From positions 12,500 through 64,784 of the forward strand of contig JASLKL010000001.1 in assembly GCA_030747605.1 (NCBI GenBank): DNA of 52,285 bases, in the 5' to 3' direction. Shown here one piece after another: positions 28,788-38,642 of this stretch. The notes below the pieces were generated by a model, which was not told the origin of the DNA, searched no databases, and worked only from the letters and a program-made list of their open reading frames with translations. The translations under genes were made by a program, and so were the position numbers. Source of the DNA: Verrucomicrobiota bacterium (GTDB lineage: Bacteria > Verrucomicrobiota > Verrucomicrobiia > Limisphaerales > UBA1096). Positions within the stretch are counted from its first letter, which is position 1, and each line of letters starts with the position of its first letter.

Positions 28788-30131
28788 TTAGCCTTGGGTA
28801 ATCGACTTAAGATTACCATCCTGACCAAAATCCATTTGACCCATCTGATCAATTGAAACAATCGCTGGGTGAGCAATTGCCGATTGCTCAAGAGCAGTAG
28901 AAATTTCAAATCCACTAAGTGTTAAAGTATCTTTGATCCGTACAACACGAGCCTTAGCCGGGTTAGGATCAGGCAATGACTCCAGCATAGCCTTAATAGC
29001 TTCTGCATCAGTAGCGAACGCCATTGGTTGCTTAGCACACTGGACCGAACGTGCAGTGATAACATTCGTCTGCAATGCCTCAGTATCAATTTTTTCAATT
29101 AACCTTTGTGTCGTTGCCTCTGCCATACCAATACCGATCGCATTACCATGTGTCTCAGATGTAAGATCACGAACAAAAATTCGCCAAATGAAAGGTTTTG
29201 ATTCAGAAAGTTCAGGGGTTAGTTGAAAGCCATGTACGCCTCTTCCGATAATATTTGTATCCATCCCTGTTCCACTTATATTTTTCCCTATTTGATCGAC
29301 AATCAACAAATCAATTTCGTCAAATGGCAGTGTTGGCATTAGGCTTCTTGCCATCTCACAAAGCTCAGGTTCTCGAATTAATATCGAACCAACAGGAACA
29401 ACTTCTAAGTGGGCTAATTCATGCGTAGCATCCTCAACTATTGCTATGCCTCCAAGGACTGGAACCTTAGTTAAAACAACCTTTGTCAAATCTATTAAAC
29501 TTTGCTCATATCCTATCGTCAAAGCTCCTGCATGATAAGATGCAGCACCAGCATGCTTACCTAGCCCTACAACCAACATCTTCATAAGCCCACTACCTAT
29601 CTTGCCACTAAAATCAGTATGAGGCTTTACCCGGTTAATCACCAGCACCCCATCGGCAGCTACTCCTTCCTGACTCCATAACACATCACGCCCAGCAGCT
29701 GATTTACCAAGTTGCTTAACTTCCATAGAAGGACGAATTGGCACCCCCATCCTTGCCTCAGTCACTCCGTAGCCAGCAAGCAACGCAACTTGGCCTTCAG
29801 CCGTTGCCCCACCATGACTACCCATTGCAGGTATAATGAACGGATTCGTGCCAGCACTTTTCAATTCTTTAACAACCAACAAGACAATTTCAGACAAATT
29901 AGAGATTCCACGGCTACCCACTCCCAAGGCCACACGCATTCCTGGCTTAAGTTGCGGACGAATAGCTTCAAAACCTTCACTTATGGCTGCCTCCACATTC
30001 AGTGGCAAAGCAGTTTCAAGCCTTTGCCTTACACATAGCATTGATGGAAAGACTTCGTTCATAAACAAACAACATCCAACGAAAGCAATTGCACAAGCGC
30101 GAGCTTTTTCTTGCTCCTCATGCCCGGTCAA
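28788..30131 (-). CDS. LarA-like / DUF2088-type protein (putative nickel-pincer-dependent 2-hydroxyacid racemase/epimerase superfamily; distant)
   Basis: The segments VALGVGSRGISN...PFIIPAMGSHGGATAEGQ and KPHTDFSGKIGSGLMK resemble DUF2088/LarA N-terminal-domain proteins from memory. No signal peptide. The likely true start is Met 30062 (MNEVF...) or 30041 (MLCVRQRL...). Confidence 0.4.
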   Translation of the reverse strand: MTGHEEQEKARACAIAFVGCCLFMNEVFPSMLCVRQRLETALPLNVEAAISEGFEAIRPQLKPGMRVALGVGSRGISNLSEIVLLVVKELKSAGTNPFIIPAMGSHGGATAEGQVALLAGYGVTEARMGVPIRPSMEVKQLGKSAAGRDVLWSQEGVAADGVLVINRVKPHTDFSGKIGSGLMKMLVVGLGKHAGAASYHAGALTIGYEQSLIDLTKVVLTKVPVLGGIAIVEDATHELAHLEVVPVGSILIREPELCEMARSLMPTLPFDEIDLLIVDQIGKNISGTGMDTNIIGRGVHGFQLTPELSESKPFIWRIFVRDLTSETHGNAIGIGMAEATTQRLIEKIDTEALQTNVITARSVQCAKQPMAFATDAEAIKAMLESLPDPNPAKARVVRIKDTLTLSGFEISTALEQSAIAHPAIVSIDQMGQMDFGQDGNLKSITQG

Positions 30132-30166
30132 GCGAGGATTACTCGTAATTCAGAATTGTTCAAATA

Positions 30167-31213
30167 ATGGAAATAACAAAAATAGATCGTCGAAATTTTC
30201 TAGCCACTGCAAGTGGCTTCGGAGCTGGATTGGCTTCAGTAACAGCACGCGATTGGAGCGGCAACAACCCAACTCGTTACCCAGATCCAGACCTCATATC
30301 CCTTGATCCCAGATTTGATAAATACAAGCTAGGCAACACTCCAATACAACGACTTTATACAAACCCAAACACACTATGGACTGAAGGCTGCGCATGGAAT
30401 GGCGTTGGTCGATATCTTGTATTCAGTGACATTCCCAATGATTTACAAATGCGTTGGATCGAAGACGACAACCGCGTAAGTCTTTTTCGGAAACCCAGCG
30501 GAAACAGCAATGGAAATACGTTTGATTACCAAGGCCGTCAAATTTCCTGCCAACACAAACACCGCCGAGTAGTACGTTACGAATACGACGGAACCATGAC
30601 TGTGCTTGCATCAAAGTATAATGGTAAACCATTCAACGCACCTAATGATGCCGTCGTTCATAAAGGCGACAACTCAATTTGGTTCACTGATCCTGGCTAC
30701 GGCAGCATGTGGAATTACGAGGGAAATAAAGGCCCTTTGCATCTTAAAGAATCCATCTATCGCATTGACGGAAAAACTGGGAAAATTACAAAGTTAGCTG
30801 ATGACATTAATAAGCCTAATGGACTCTGCTTCGCTCCTGACCTTAGTAAACTCTACGTGTCTGATACTGGCGATGGTAAAAACATCAAGGTATGGAATAT
30901 AGATGGTGAAAAACTGAAAAAGGGACGTGAGTTCGCCTCAATGAAACTCGAAGGGTTTGAAAAAGCCGGCAACGCAGACGGTATTCGCGCTGACGAAGAT
31001 GGCAACATTTGGGCCAGTGCTGGATGGGTAGGTAACGGCTATGATGGTGTTCATGTTTTTGCCCCAAACGGAAATCGAATAGGACAAATTATCTTACCGG
31101 AAATATGCTCTAATGTTTGTTTCGGCGGACGAAAACGTAATCGATTGTTCATGACAGCTAGCCAAAGCCTTTACTCCGTATACACCGATGCAATCGGTGC
31201 ACATATGACTTAA
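30167..31213 (+). CDS. Tat-exported SMP-30/gluconolactonase/LRE family protein
   Basis: Twin-arginine signal DRRNFLATASGFGAGLASV. Six-bladed lactonase-like body (PNDAVVHKGDNSIWFTDP, PNGLCFAPD, DGIRADEDGNIW). Confidence 0.75.
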   Translation: MEITKIDRRNFLATASGFGAGLASVTARDWSGNNPTRYPDPDLISLDPRFDKYKLGNTPIQRLYTNPNTLWTEGCAWNGVGRYLVFSDIPNDLQMRWIEDDNRVSLFRKPSGNSNGNTFDYQGRQISCQHKHRRVVRYEYDGTMTVLASKYNGKPFNAPNDAVVHKGDNSIWFTDPGYGSMWNYEGNKGPLHLKESIYRIDGKTGKITKLADDINKPNGLCFAPDLSKLYVSDTGDGKNIKVWNIDGEKLKKGREFASMKLEGFEKAGNADGIRADEDGNIWASAGWVGNGYDGVHVFAPNGNRIGQIILPEICSNVCFGGRKRNRLFMTASQSLYSVYTDAIGAHMT

Positions 31214-31283
31214 GAACTTATAATTGTAAGAATAAAAATTACTTTAACGTCACTTTTCGCTTTCCACAGCGCAATTGAGAGGC

Positions 31284-31718
31284 ATGATTCCCGCGCTTAT
31301 GGAAGAGACACTTGTCTTATTAAAACCCGACTGTCTTGAGGGCCGCAATTGCGGCGAGGTATTGAAACGGTTCGAAGAAGCGGACTTCATCGTATTTGGC
31401 GTGAAAATGATGCGTCTGTCAGACGAAGTACTCCGGGAACATTACGCACACTTGGCCGACAAGCCATTCTTCCCTGAGATTCAAGAATTCATGCAATCAT
31501 CATCCGTAATAGCCTTGGCAATGCGAGGTGATAACGCAATTACCCGAGTGCGAGACATGGTTGGTCCAACTGACTCTACTATTGCCGAAAAAGGCACAAT
31601 CCGCGGAGACTTCGGTCAGGACAAAATGCGCAACGTTGTACATGCCTCCGATTCTGTCGAAAATGGTCAAGCGGAACTTAAAAGATTCTTTCTAGAGAAC
31701 GAACTCCACGGCAAATAG
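31284..31718 (+). CDS. ndk: nucleoside-diphosphate kinase
   Basis: TLVLLKPD, the active-site context NVVHASDS and the length are typical. The start is ambiguous: TTG 31275, ATG 31284 or ATG 31299. Confidence 0.9.
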   Translation: MIPALMEETLVLLKPDCLEGRNCGEVLKRFEEADFIVFGVKMMRLSDEVLREHYAHLADKPFFPEIQEFMQSSSVIALAMRGDNAITRVRDMVGPTDSTIAEKGTIRGDFGQDKMRNVVHASDSVENGQAELKRFFLENELHGK

Positions 31719-31733
31719 CGCAGCGATTAAGAA

Positions 31734-31777
31734 TAGAGGGGCTACCAAGCTAGAAACTCTTCCCTCTAATGGAAGAG
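31734..31777 (+). terminator. two mutually exclusive 7-bp hairpins downstream of ndk (possible weak terminator/attenuator; no T-tract)
   Basis: TAGAGGG (31734-40) pairs with CCCTCTA (31762-68). CTCTTCC (31757-63) pairs with GGAAGAG (31771-77). The two stems share 31762-63. Confidence 0.2.
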
Positions 31778-31841
31778 TAATTAGCAAAACTGAAAGCCTC
31801 AACCTTGCCGACATACCCCACCCTGTGGCTAAATCAAGCAC

Positions 31842-32546
31842 ATGGAATTGGACGAGCGACTACAACATATCCGCGACCGTATGTTTGCCGCATGTGAATT
31901 GGCCAAACGTAATCCTTCAGAGGTTATGCTATTGCCTGTCTCCAAAAACCATACTGCCGATTCTGTTCGCGAGTTAACTTATCATCATTGCCGAGTATTC
32001 GGCGAAAACCGAATACAGGAGGCCAAACTCAAAATTTCTGCCTGCCCAGGCAATCTCGAGTGGCATCTCATCGGCCATCTACAATCCAACAAATGCCGCG
32101 ATGCCGTAAGGTTTTTTAACATGATCCAAAGCGTCGATCGCATGTCGATTGCCGAGGAGATAAACAAACATGCAAATAACGCCGCAAAGGACATGCCAGT
32201 GTTAATTGAAGTAAATGTCGCTGGCGAAGCAAGTAAACACGGTTTTAAGCCGGAAGAATTAATCGAACATTTGGATGCGATAAACAATTTACCAAGACTA
32301 GAAATCCATGGCTTGATGACTATTGCACCGTGGACTTCTGATCCAGAGAAAGTACGCCCAGTATTTCGGCGACTTCGAGAGATTAAGGAAGAATGTGAAC
32401 AAATTCTTGGTGCCCCAATGCAGCATCTCAGTATGGGAATGAGCGGCGACTTTGAAGTAGCTATTCAGGAAGGCGCCACGATTATCCGCATCGGAACAGC
32501 CATATTCGGCCCAAGACCTAATACGAAGAAAAAACAGTATAATTAG
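31842..32546 (+). CDS. yggS: YggS family pyridoxal-phosphate homeostasis protein
   Basis: 234 aa with LLPVSKNH (PLP Lys) and the HLIGHLQSNK motif. Confidence 0.85.
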   Translation: MELDERLQHIRDRMFAACELAKRNPSEVMLLPVSKNHTADSVRELTYHHCRVFGENRIQEAKLKISACPGNLEWHLIGHLQSNKCRDAVRFFNMIQSVDRMSIAEEINKHANNAAKDMPVLIEVNVAGEASKHGFKPEELIEHLDAINNLPRLEIHGLMTIAPWTSDPEKVRPVFRRLREIKEECEQILGAPMQHLSMGMSGDFEVAIQEGATIIRIGTAIFGPRPNTKKKQYN

Positions 32547-32591
32547 TAGGCCATCTCGACATCGGCTTTAGGCTCGACTATTTTCTTTTCG

Positions 32592-33410
32592 ATGTCGCTG
32601 GAAACCGCGCCACTTACTATAGCAAATCGCACTTTTGAATCCCGACTTTTTCTCGGTACTGGCAAATTTTCATCTAACAAAGCCATGTGTGATGCACTCG
32701 AGACTAGCGGCACACAAATTGTGACTGTAGCTCTTCGACGGGCGGACCTTTCAGGCAATAATGATCCATATGCAAACATTCTGGAACACATCGATCCGGA
32801 ACGATATCTTATTCTACCAAACACAAGCGGTGCAATGAATGCCCAAGAGGCTGTTCGTTTGGCTAAACTCGCTGCCGCAGCTGGATTACCTAAATGGGTC
32901 AAGCTGGAGATTCATCCTGATCCACGTTATCTACTACCTGATCCCGTTGAAACATATGAGGCTACTAAAATTCTCGTGCAAGAAGGTTTTACGGTTATGC
33001 CATATATCAATGCAGATCCAGTTTTGGCTATGCGACTACAAGAAGCAGGCGCTGCCACAGTTATGCCACTTGGTGCTCCTATTGGCTCTAACCGAGGTAT
33101 TAAGACTCGTGACCAGATTAGTATAATTGTCGAGCAAGCTAGCGTCCCAGTTGTAGTTGATGCAGGGATTGGCTCGCCAAGTCATGCGGCCGAAGCAATG
33201 GAGCTGGGAGCAGATGCTGTACTAGTGAATACCGCAATTGCTGTATCAGATGACCCTTCTCGCATGGGCCTTGCCTTTAAGGCAGCTGTAAAAGCTGGTC
33301 GAATGGCTTACGAAATTGGATTAAATCAACAAATTGGTATTGCAAGTGCAACAAGTCCACTGACTGGTTTTCTCGATACAGAACCTGCACATCATCAAGC
33401 TAATGGCTGA
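32592..33410 (+). CDS. thiG: thiazole synthase
   Basis: [17 protein letters not shown] and MPLGAPIGS motifs; 272 aa. Confidence 0.9.
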   Translation: MSLETAPLTIANRTFESRLFLGTGKFSSNKAMCDALETSGTQIVTVALRRADLSGNNDPYANILEHIDPERYLILPNTSGAMNAQEAVRLAKLAAAAGLPKWVKLEIHPDPRYLLPDPVETYEATKILVQEGFTVMPYINADPVLAMRLQEAGAATVMPLGAPIGSNRGIKTRDQISIIVEQASVPVVVDAGIGSPSHAAEAMELGADAVLVNTAIAVSDDPSRMGLAFKAAVKAGRMAYEIGLNQQIGIASATSPLTGFLDTEPAHHQANG

Positions 33411-34413
33411 AAAAAAGACATTATCCAAACACCGAGCCCGCAGCATTCTTCACACTGCATCAAAAAAAGTTGTACTAGTGACAGGAGACGCAATGCTCGA
33501 CCAGTTTATATGGGGTGAAGTGGATCGCATTTCACCCGAAGCCCCGGTACCAATCGTTAATTTCAAACGAGAAAGCTTTATGGCAGGAGGGGCTGCAAAT
33601 GTTGCTCGAAATCTCACTTCTCTACACTGTTCAGCACAGATGCACAGTGTGATCGGCCGTGATGAATCTGGAAAAAAACTGCGTATTCTCCTCAAAGATG
33701 ATCAAGTAGATTGTCAATCTCTTATCAACAGCTCTTCACGACAGACTAGTTGCAAAACACGAATTATAGCCCAACGACAACAAATCGTAAGAGTAGATCG
33801 CGAAGCAGGATCAGACTTGGAATCGCAATTGACGAAGCGCCTAACTAAATCAATAGAAAAAGATTTATCAAAATCTAAAGCGATTGTTATAGGTGATTAT
33901 GGCAAGGGAATCATCACACAGGATTTTCTGAATAAACTAAAGCAACTTGGAAAGCAACACGATGCATGGCTCAGTTTTGATCCAAAGCCAGTGAACTCGC
34001 TCGATCTCTCCGAACTCTCTTTAATTACCCCTAATCGGAAGGAGGCATTTGAATTGGCAGGCATTTGTGACTCCACACAAAATCCCAAACCGTTGAAGGA
34101 CAAGAACCTGATGCGTGTTGCCAAACAGCTAATCGATGAACTTGGGCTGAAAATACTTTTAATAACTCTAGGCGAACTCGGCATGCTCATCTGCCAGCCT
34201 GGTAAAAAGGCGTTTCACATCCCTACTCTTGCACGAGAAGTATTTGATGTCTCCGGAGCTGGTGACACAGTCATCGGAACATTTACTATGGCCATTGCAG
34301 CCGGCGCAGATCCTATCGAGGCTGCAATTCTCGCCAATCACGCTGCCGGAGTGGTTGTTGGCAAACTTGGTACAGCCACAGTGACGCCCAAGGAACTCCT
34401 CGACAGCTTTTAA
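33403..34413 (+). CDS. hldA: D-glycero-beta-D-manno-heptose-7-phosphate kinase (RfaE domain I only, PfkB family)
   Basis: [29 protein letters not shown] and the C-terminal GAGDT motif. No adenylyltransferase domain. The start overlaps the thiG stop by 8 nt. Confidence 0.8.
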   Translation: MAEKKTLSKHRARSILHTASKKVVLVTGDAMLDQFIWGEVDRISPEAPVPIVNFKRESFMAGGAANVARNLTSLHCSAQMHSVIGRDESGKKLRILLKDDQVDCQSLINSSSRQTSCKTRIIAQRQQIVRVDREAGSDLESQLTKRLTKSIEKDLSKSKAIVIGDYGKGIITQDFLNKLKQLGKQHDAWLSFDPKPVNSLDLSELSLITPNRKEAFELAGICDSTQNPKPLKDKNLMRVAKQLIDELGLKILLITLGELGMLICQPGKKAFHIPTLAREVFDVSGAGDTVIGTFTMAIAAGADPIEAAILANHAAGVVVGKLGTATVTPKELLDSF

Positions 34414-34418
34414 TCCGA

Positions 34419-34973
34419 ATGACTGGCAAACCGGCTATCTTCTTTGACCGCGACGGAACACTTATTGTTGAAACAGGTTATCTACACGAACCAGACAAAG
34501 TCGAACTGATACCTGGTGCCGGGGAGGCTGTTGGCCGTTTAGCTAAAGATGGGTTTGAATTATTCATTGTTACCAACCAAGCTGGAATTGGACGCGGCTA
34601 TTTTACTGAGGAACAGATGCATGCTACAAACAAATGTATCTGCGAAAAGTTTTCCAAGTATGGCGTAACATTTCGCAAGATCTACTTCGCTCCAGAAGCA
34701 CCCAACCAACCAAGCCGTAATCGCAAACCTTCACCGCAGATGATACTTGATGCCCAGAATGATTTCAGCATCAACCTAGGGGATAGCTACATGGTAGGGG
34801 ACAAGGCATTGGACATAGAATGCGGTAATAATGCTGGCGTTAAGCTTAGTGTACTTGTCCGAACCGGATATGGCCAAGAACAAGAATCTCAACTTAACCA
34901 AGTGCATCAACCCTTTATAGTTGTGGATACGTTAAATGACTTTGTAAATATAGCCCTTGATAGAACTAAATAA
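34419..34973 (+). CDS. gmhB: D-glycero-D-manno-heptose 1,7-bisphosphate 7-phosphatase (HAD-IIIA)
   Basis: FFDRDGTL, VTNQAGIGRG, RKPSP and GDK motifs. Confidence 0.8.
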   Translation: MTGKPAIFFDRDGTLIVETGYLHEPDKVELIPGAGEAVGRLAKDGFELFIVTNQAGIGRGYFTEEQMHATNKCICEKFSKYGVTFRKIYFAPEAPNQPSRNRKPSPQMILDAQNDFSINLGDSYMVGDKALDIECGNNAGVKLSVLVRTGYGQEQESQLNQVHQPFIVVDTLNDFVNIALDRTK

Positions 34974-35029
34974 CTTCTTATTACAGATTTTCTTCAATCG
35001 CTAGCCGAACTTTGGCACACTAGCCGCCA

Positions 35030-36343
35030 ATGCATGACTTTAGCTTCAAGCGTGGAAAATTATACTGCGAAAATATTTCAGTAGATTCACTGGTAAAGAA
35101 ACACGGCTCGCCGCTTTTTATATATTCGCATGGGACTCTTACTCGCAATTTTAATCAATTAGACAAGGCCCTTGCCCCTCTAGATCATATGGTATGCTTC
35201 GCTGCAAAAGCCAACTCCAACCTAGGCGTGCTTCGCACATTGGCTAATGCAGGCAGCGGCTTTGACCTTGTAAGCGGCGGAGAGTTACAGCGCATTATTG
35301 CCGCAGGAGGAAGTCCTTCAAAATGTATTTTTGCGGGCGTTGGAAAAACTGAAGAAGAAATTGAATTAGCCCTCAAAAAGGGCATTTATGCTTTCAACGC
35401 AGAAAGCGAACCTGAACTCGTTCGCATCAACAAGGTAGCTCGACGCTTGAAAAAAAAGGCGCCTGTCGCAGTTCGAGTAAACCCAAATGTCGATGCGAAA
35501 ACTCATGCCAAAATCACAACTGGCACATACGAAAACAAATTTGGAATTGCCTTTGAAGAAGTTGAAGATGTTTACGAACGCGCCTCAAAACTAAAGAATT
35601 TACATATTCGCGGACTACAAATGCATATAGGGTCTCAGCTAACAGAGGTTAACCCATTTGAAAAAGCAGTAAAAAAAGTTATTCCTTTAGCCAAACGATT
35701 AGCTGAAAAATATGGTATTGAGTTTTTCAGCATTGGCGGAGGCCTTGGTATTGTTTACGACCCTGCACTAGAGAGCGGTGATGCTAAGTGGTGGCGTTCA
35801 CCCAAACGTAAGGATTTGCTGACCCCAGCAAAATATGCATCCAAGCTGATTCCACTACTTAAACCACTTGGCTTAAAGGTACTAATCGAGCCAGGCCGCT
35901 TCATCGCCGGAAACTGTGGAATTCTCGTCACTCAAGTTGAATACGTGAAGCAAACTGGTGTGAAAAATTTCATTATTGTGGACGCTGCAATGAACGATCT
36001 AGCACGCCCTGCCCTTTATGACAGCTATCATCAAATCACACCTCTAAAACAAAGATTAGGAGATAATTTAAAGAAAAACCAAATTTCCTCAGATGTCGTT
36101 GGCCCAATCTGCGAATCTGGTGACTATTTTTGTAAAAACCGTATGCTACCAAAGATAGGGGAAGGAGACTATTTGGCCTTACTCAGCGCTGGCGCCTACG
36201 GGTTCGTGATGGCTTCTAACTACAATACCCGAACCTTTCCAGCCGAAGTCCTTGTCAAAGGAAGCTGCGCAGAAGTCGTCCGCGCACGCCAAAAGGTTAA
36301 ACAGCTTTGGGCTAGTGAAAGCGTTCCAAAGTGGCTAAAATAA
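35030..36343 (+). CDS. lysA: diaminopimelate decarboxylase
   Basis: PLP-Lys context FAAKANSN, plus GGGLGI and CESGD motifs; 437 aa. Confidence 0.9.
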   Translation: MHDFSFKRGKLYCENISVDSLVKKHGSPLFIYSHGTLTRNFNQLDKALAPLDHMVCFAAKANSNLGVLRTLANAGSGFDLVSGGELQRIIAAGGSPSKCIFAGVGKTEEEIELALKKGIYAFNAESEPELVRINKVARRLKKKAPVAVRVNPNVDAKTHAKITTGTYENKFGIAFEEVEDVYERASKLKNLHIRGLQMHIGSQLTEVNPFEKAVKKVIPLAKRLAEKYGIEFFSIGGGLGIVYDPALESGDAKWWRSPKRKDLLTPAKYASKLIPLLKPLGLKVLIEPGRFIAGNCGILVTQVEYVKQTGVKNFIIVDAAMNDLARPALYDSYHQITPLKQRLGDNLKKNQISSDVVGPICESGDYFCKNRMLPKIGEGDYLALLSAGAYGFVMASNYNTRTFPAEVLVKGSCAEVVRARQKVKQLWASESVPKWLK

Positions 36344-36365
36344 TTACACAAAAACAACAATTGTT

Positions 36366-38642
36366 ATGAGAACTTCCCGGAATCCATTTATTCGGTTTCC
36401 GGGATTTTTCTTTGCTGCTTTCCTCTTAATTATCGGAGGTCTGATATGGCAAAGTTCCAAGGTCAGCATCGATGCCGACCCTATGACACTGCTTGAGTCT
36501 GACCGTCGTCATCTCGAAACCTACGAACGTATTTCCTCATTTCTGGATGACGACACTGCACTAGTTATAAGTATTGAGAGCGACTTAATATTTACCACAT
36601 CCGGCTTTGAACATATTCGAAATATTAGTAATGCAATTAGCGCTCAAGACGGCCTTGTAGATGTTAAAAGCCTAACACATTCATACAAACCAGTTCGAAA
36701 AGGACTCTCTTTTAATATGGAGCCTTTCGTTCCAACAGGAGAATTGACAAAAAAACAGATCGGCAAGATACGCGAGTTCTCTGTAAGCCATCCCTTGGTT
36801 CGTAATATCATGGTTTCGCCTGATGGGAAAATCACACTTATCACAGCAACCTACAAACGAGATCTGAGCACCTCAGAATTAAGGAGTGCTTTCCAGCATG
36901 AAACTGAAGCTATACTCAATCAATTTCAAACGCCCACATTCCAAGTCAAAATTATTTCACTACCCTTTATAGCCGAAGAACTTAGTGGAGCTTTCATTCA
37001 TGATCTAAAATATGTCCTGCCAACTACAGGACTGTGTATATTATTTATTGTAGGACTAACATTTCGCTCTATTCCTTATATGGTATTGCTACTCGTCAGC
37101 GAACTACTTTTAACTGGAACACTTCCTGGAATTCTCTACTTAACTGGTTTCTCACTAACACCTCATAACATTCTACTGCTTCCGCTGTTAGCTGCTATCC
37201 ATCTTACGCTACTAGCCCATCAGCTTACCGCTCTACAAAATACCGATTCAACTTTGGGTTTTGATCAGCGCTTTGATTCAATGCTGAAAACAGTTTTCCG
37301 GCCTTGTCTGTTTGCTGCTATTACGACTGCAATCGGACTAGGATCGCTAGCTATTTGTGAAGTATCACAGGTCAGAAATTTCGGCCTTGCCGGAACGATC
37401 GGAATCGGAATCATTTTCGCATGGGCATTTGGACCCGGATTGTCTTTTTTACGCTTGGGATTTGGTATTTGGACTAACTCACTAAAAACTAAATCCAATA
37501 ATCAAAATAAACCTTATAATAGATCTTTGTTTACCTTGCTTAGCCAAACAGCAATAAAATATCGATGGATTACTATAGCTTTGGCTTTCCTTATTTTCAT
37601 CCCAGCGCTTATTTCAGTTAATAAACTAAATATTGATATTCGAGCTATTCAATTTCTCTCAACTGAAAGCCACACGCGAAGAATGGCTGAAATGATCGAT
37701 TCACGCATGGGCGGTATCAATGTCGTGCAGATAGATTTTAAAACCGACAAACCAGGCGGAATTAATCAACTCCAATTTTTGAACAAACTCCAAAAAGTAC
37801 AAAACTTTGCGAGAGATACTGGAAAATTCAGTAGCACATACTCGTACTCTTCATTGATGTCTATAATGAACAGTGTATGGATTGGTGATCAATCTGGTAA
37901 ATTAACCCTACCAACCAGCCCGCTAACGTTGAAGATTTTCGTACTAGCATTGAAGGCAACTAATTACCCATTTTTGGAAGCACTTAGTGATAAAAAGCAA
38001 CAAACCGCATACTTGATATTGCGTACAACAGACATGCCAAGCGGAGATTTTATCACATTGCTTAAATCAATTGAAACAAGGGCTTCAAAAATCATGCCAG
38101 AAAACGTAACCGTGTCGGCACAAGCTGGATTACATACAGTACTCAAAGCAGATCAAGACATAGTCGATGCACAATTGGGGAGTCTCAGCATCACACTTGC
38201 TTCGATGTTTGCTGTTATGGCCCTACTATGGCGATCATTTAAACTTGCTACAATCGCACTGGCAACCAGCCTTGGACCAATTGCGTTACTAACTATCCTC
38301 GGATCGCTATTTCAAGTGCCTCTTAATTCCGTAACGGTTATGGTAGGAGCACTTGCACTTGGTATAGGTATTGATGACACAGTTCACCTCATTACTCATT
38401 GGCTGAGCATGAAAAACAACGGTGCCAACCGAAATGAAGCTCTAACGAAAACACTCGAAGACAAGGGTCCAGCAATTGTTTGTACAAGCCTAATTTTGAT
38501 TGGCTTTTCACTATCGCTTTTGTGGATGAGCTTTCCCCCGGTTACCCAATTTGGATGGCTGTCAGCGGTAGCATACATTGCAGCACTTGGTAATGCTCTA
38601 TGGATATTGCCGTCTTTTCTAGGAATAAAACGATCAAGCTAA
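36366..38642 (+). CDS. RND-superfamily / MMPL-type membrane transporter
   Basis: 758 aa with two hydrophobic 5-6-helix bundles, each preceded by a large hydrophilic loop. Contains an RND/MMPL-like GIGIDDTVHL motif. Confidence 0.65.
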   Translation: MRTSRNPFIRFPGFFFAAFLLIIGGLIWQSSKVSIDADPMTLLESDRRHLETYERISSFLDDDTALVISIESDLIFTTSGFEHIRNISNAISAQDGLVDVKSLTHSYKPVRKGLSFNMEPFVPTGELTKKQIGKIREFSVSHPLVRNIMVSPDGKITLITATYKRDLSTSELRSAFQHETEAILNQFQTPTFQVKIISLPFIAEELSGAFIHDLKYVLPTTGLCILFIVGLTFRSIPYMVLLLVSELLLTGTLPGILYLTGFSLTPHNILLLPLLAAIHLTLLAHQLTALQNTDSTLGFDQRFDSMLKTVFRPCLFAAITTAIGLGSLAICEVSQVRNFGLAGTIGIGIIFAWAFGPGLSFLRLGFGIWTNSLKTKSNNQNKPYNRSLFTLLSQTAIKYRWITIALAFLIFIPALISVNKLNIDIRAIQFLSTESHTRRMAEMIDSRMGGINVVQIDFKTDKPGGINQLQFLNKLQKVQNFARDTGKFSSTYSYSSLMSIMNSVWIGDQSGKLTLPTSPLTLKIFVLALKATNYPFLEALSDKKQQTAYLILRTTDMPSGDFITLLKSIETRASKIMPENVTVSAQAGLHTVLKADQDIVDAQLGSLSITLASMFAVMALLWRSFKLATIALATSLGPIALLTILGSLFQVPLNSVTVMVGALALGIGIDDTVHLITHWLSMKNNGANRNEALTKTLEDKGPAIVCTSLILIGFSLSLLWMSFPPVTQFGWLSAVAYIAALGNALWILPSFLGIKRSS

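Noticed and set aside
32543-32902. A 119-aa minus-strand ORF antisense to the thiG start, together with similar antisense or alternate-frame ORFs: 1710-2138, 2505-2786, 5943-6284, 16401-16694, 29836-30306, 33897-34190 and 49861-50265.
   Set aside because: All lie within or against strongly supported genes. Their compositions are low-complexity or biased in Ser/Arg/Cys/Leu, as is typical of shadow frames, and none has a recognisable motif.
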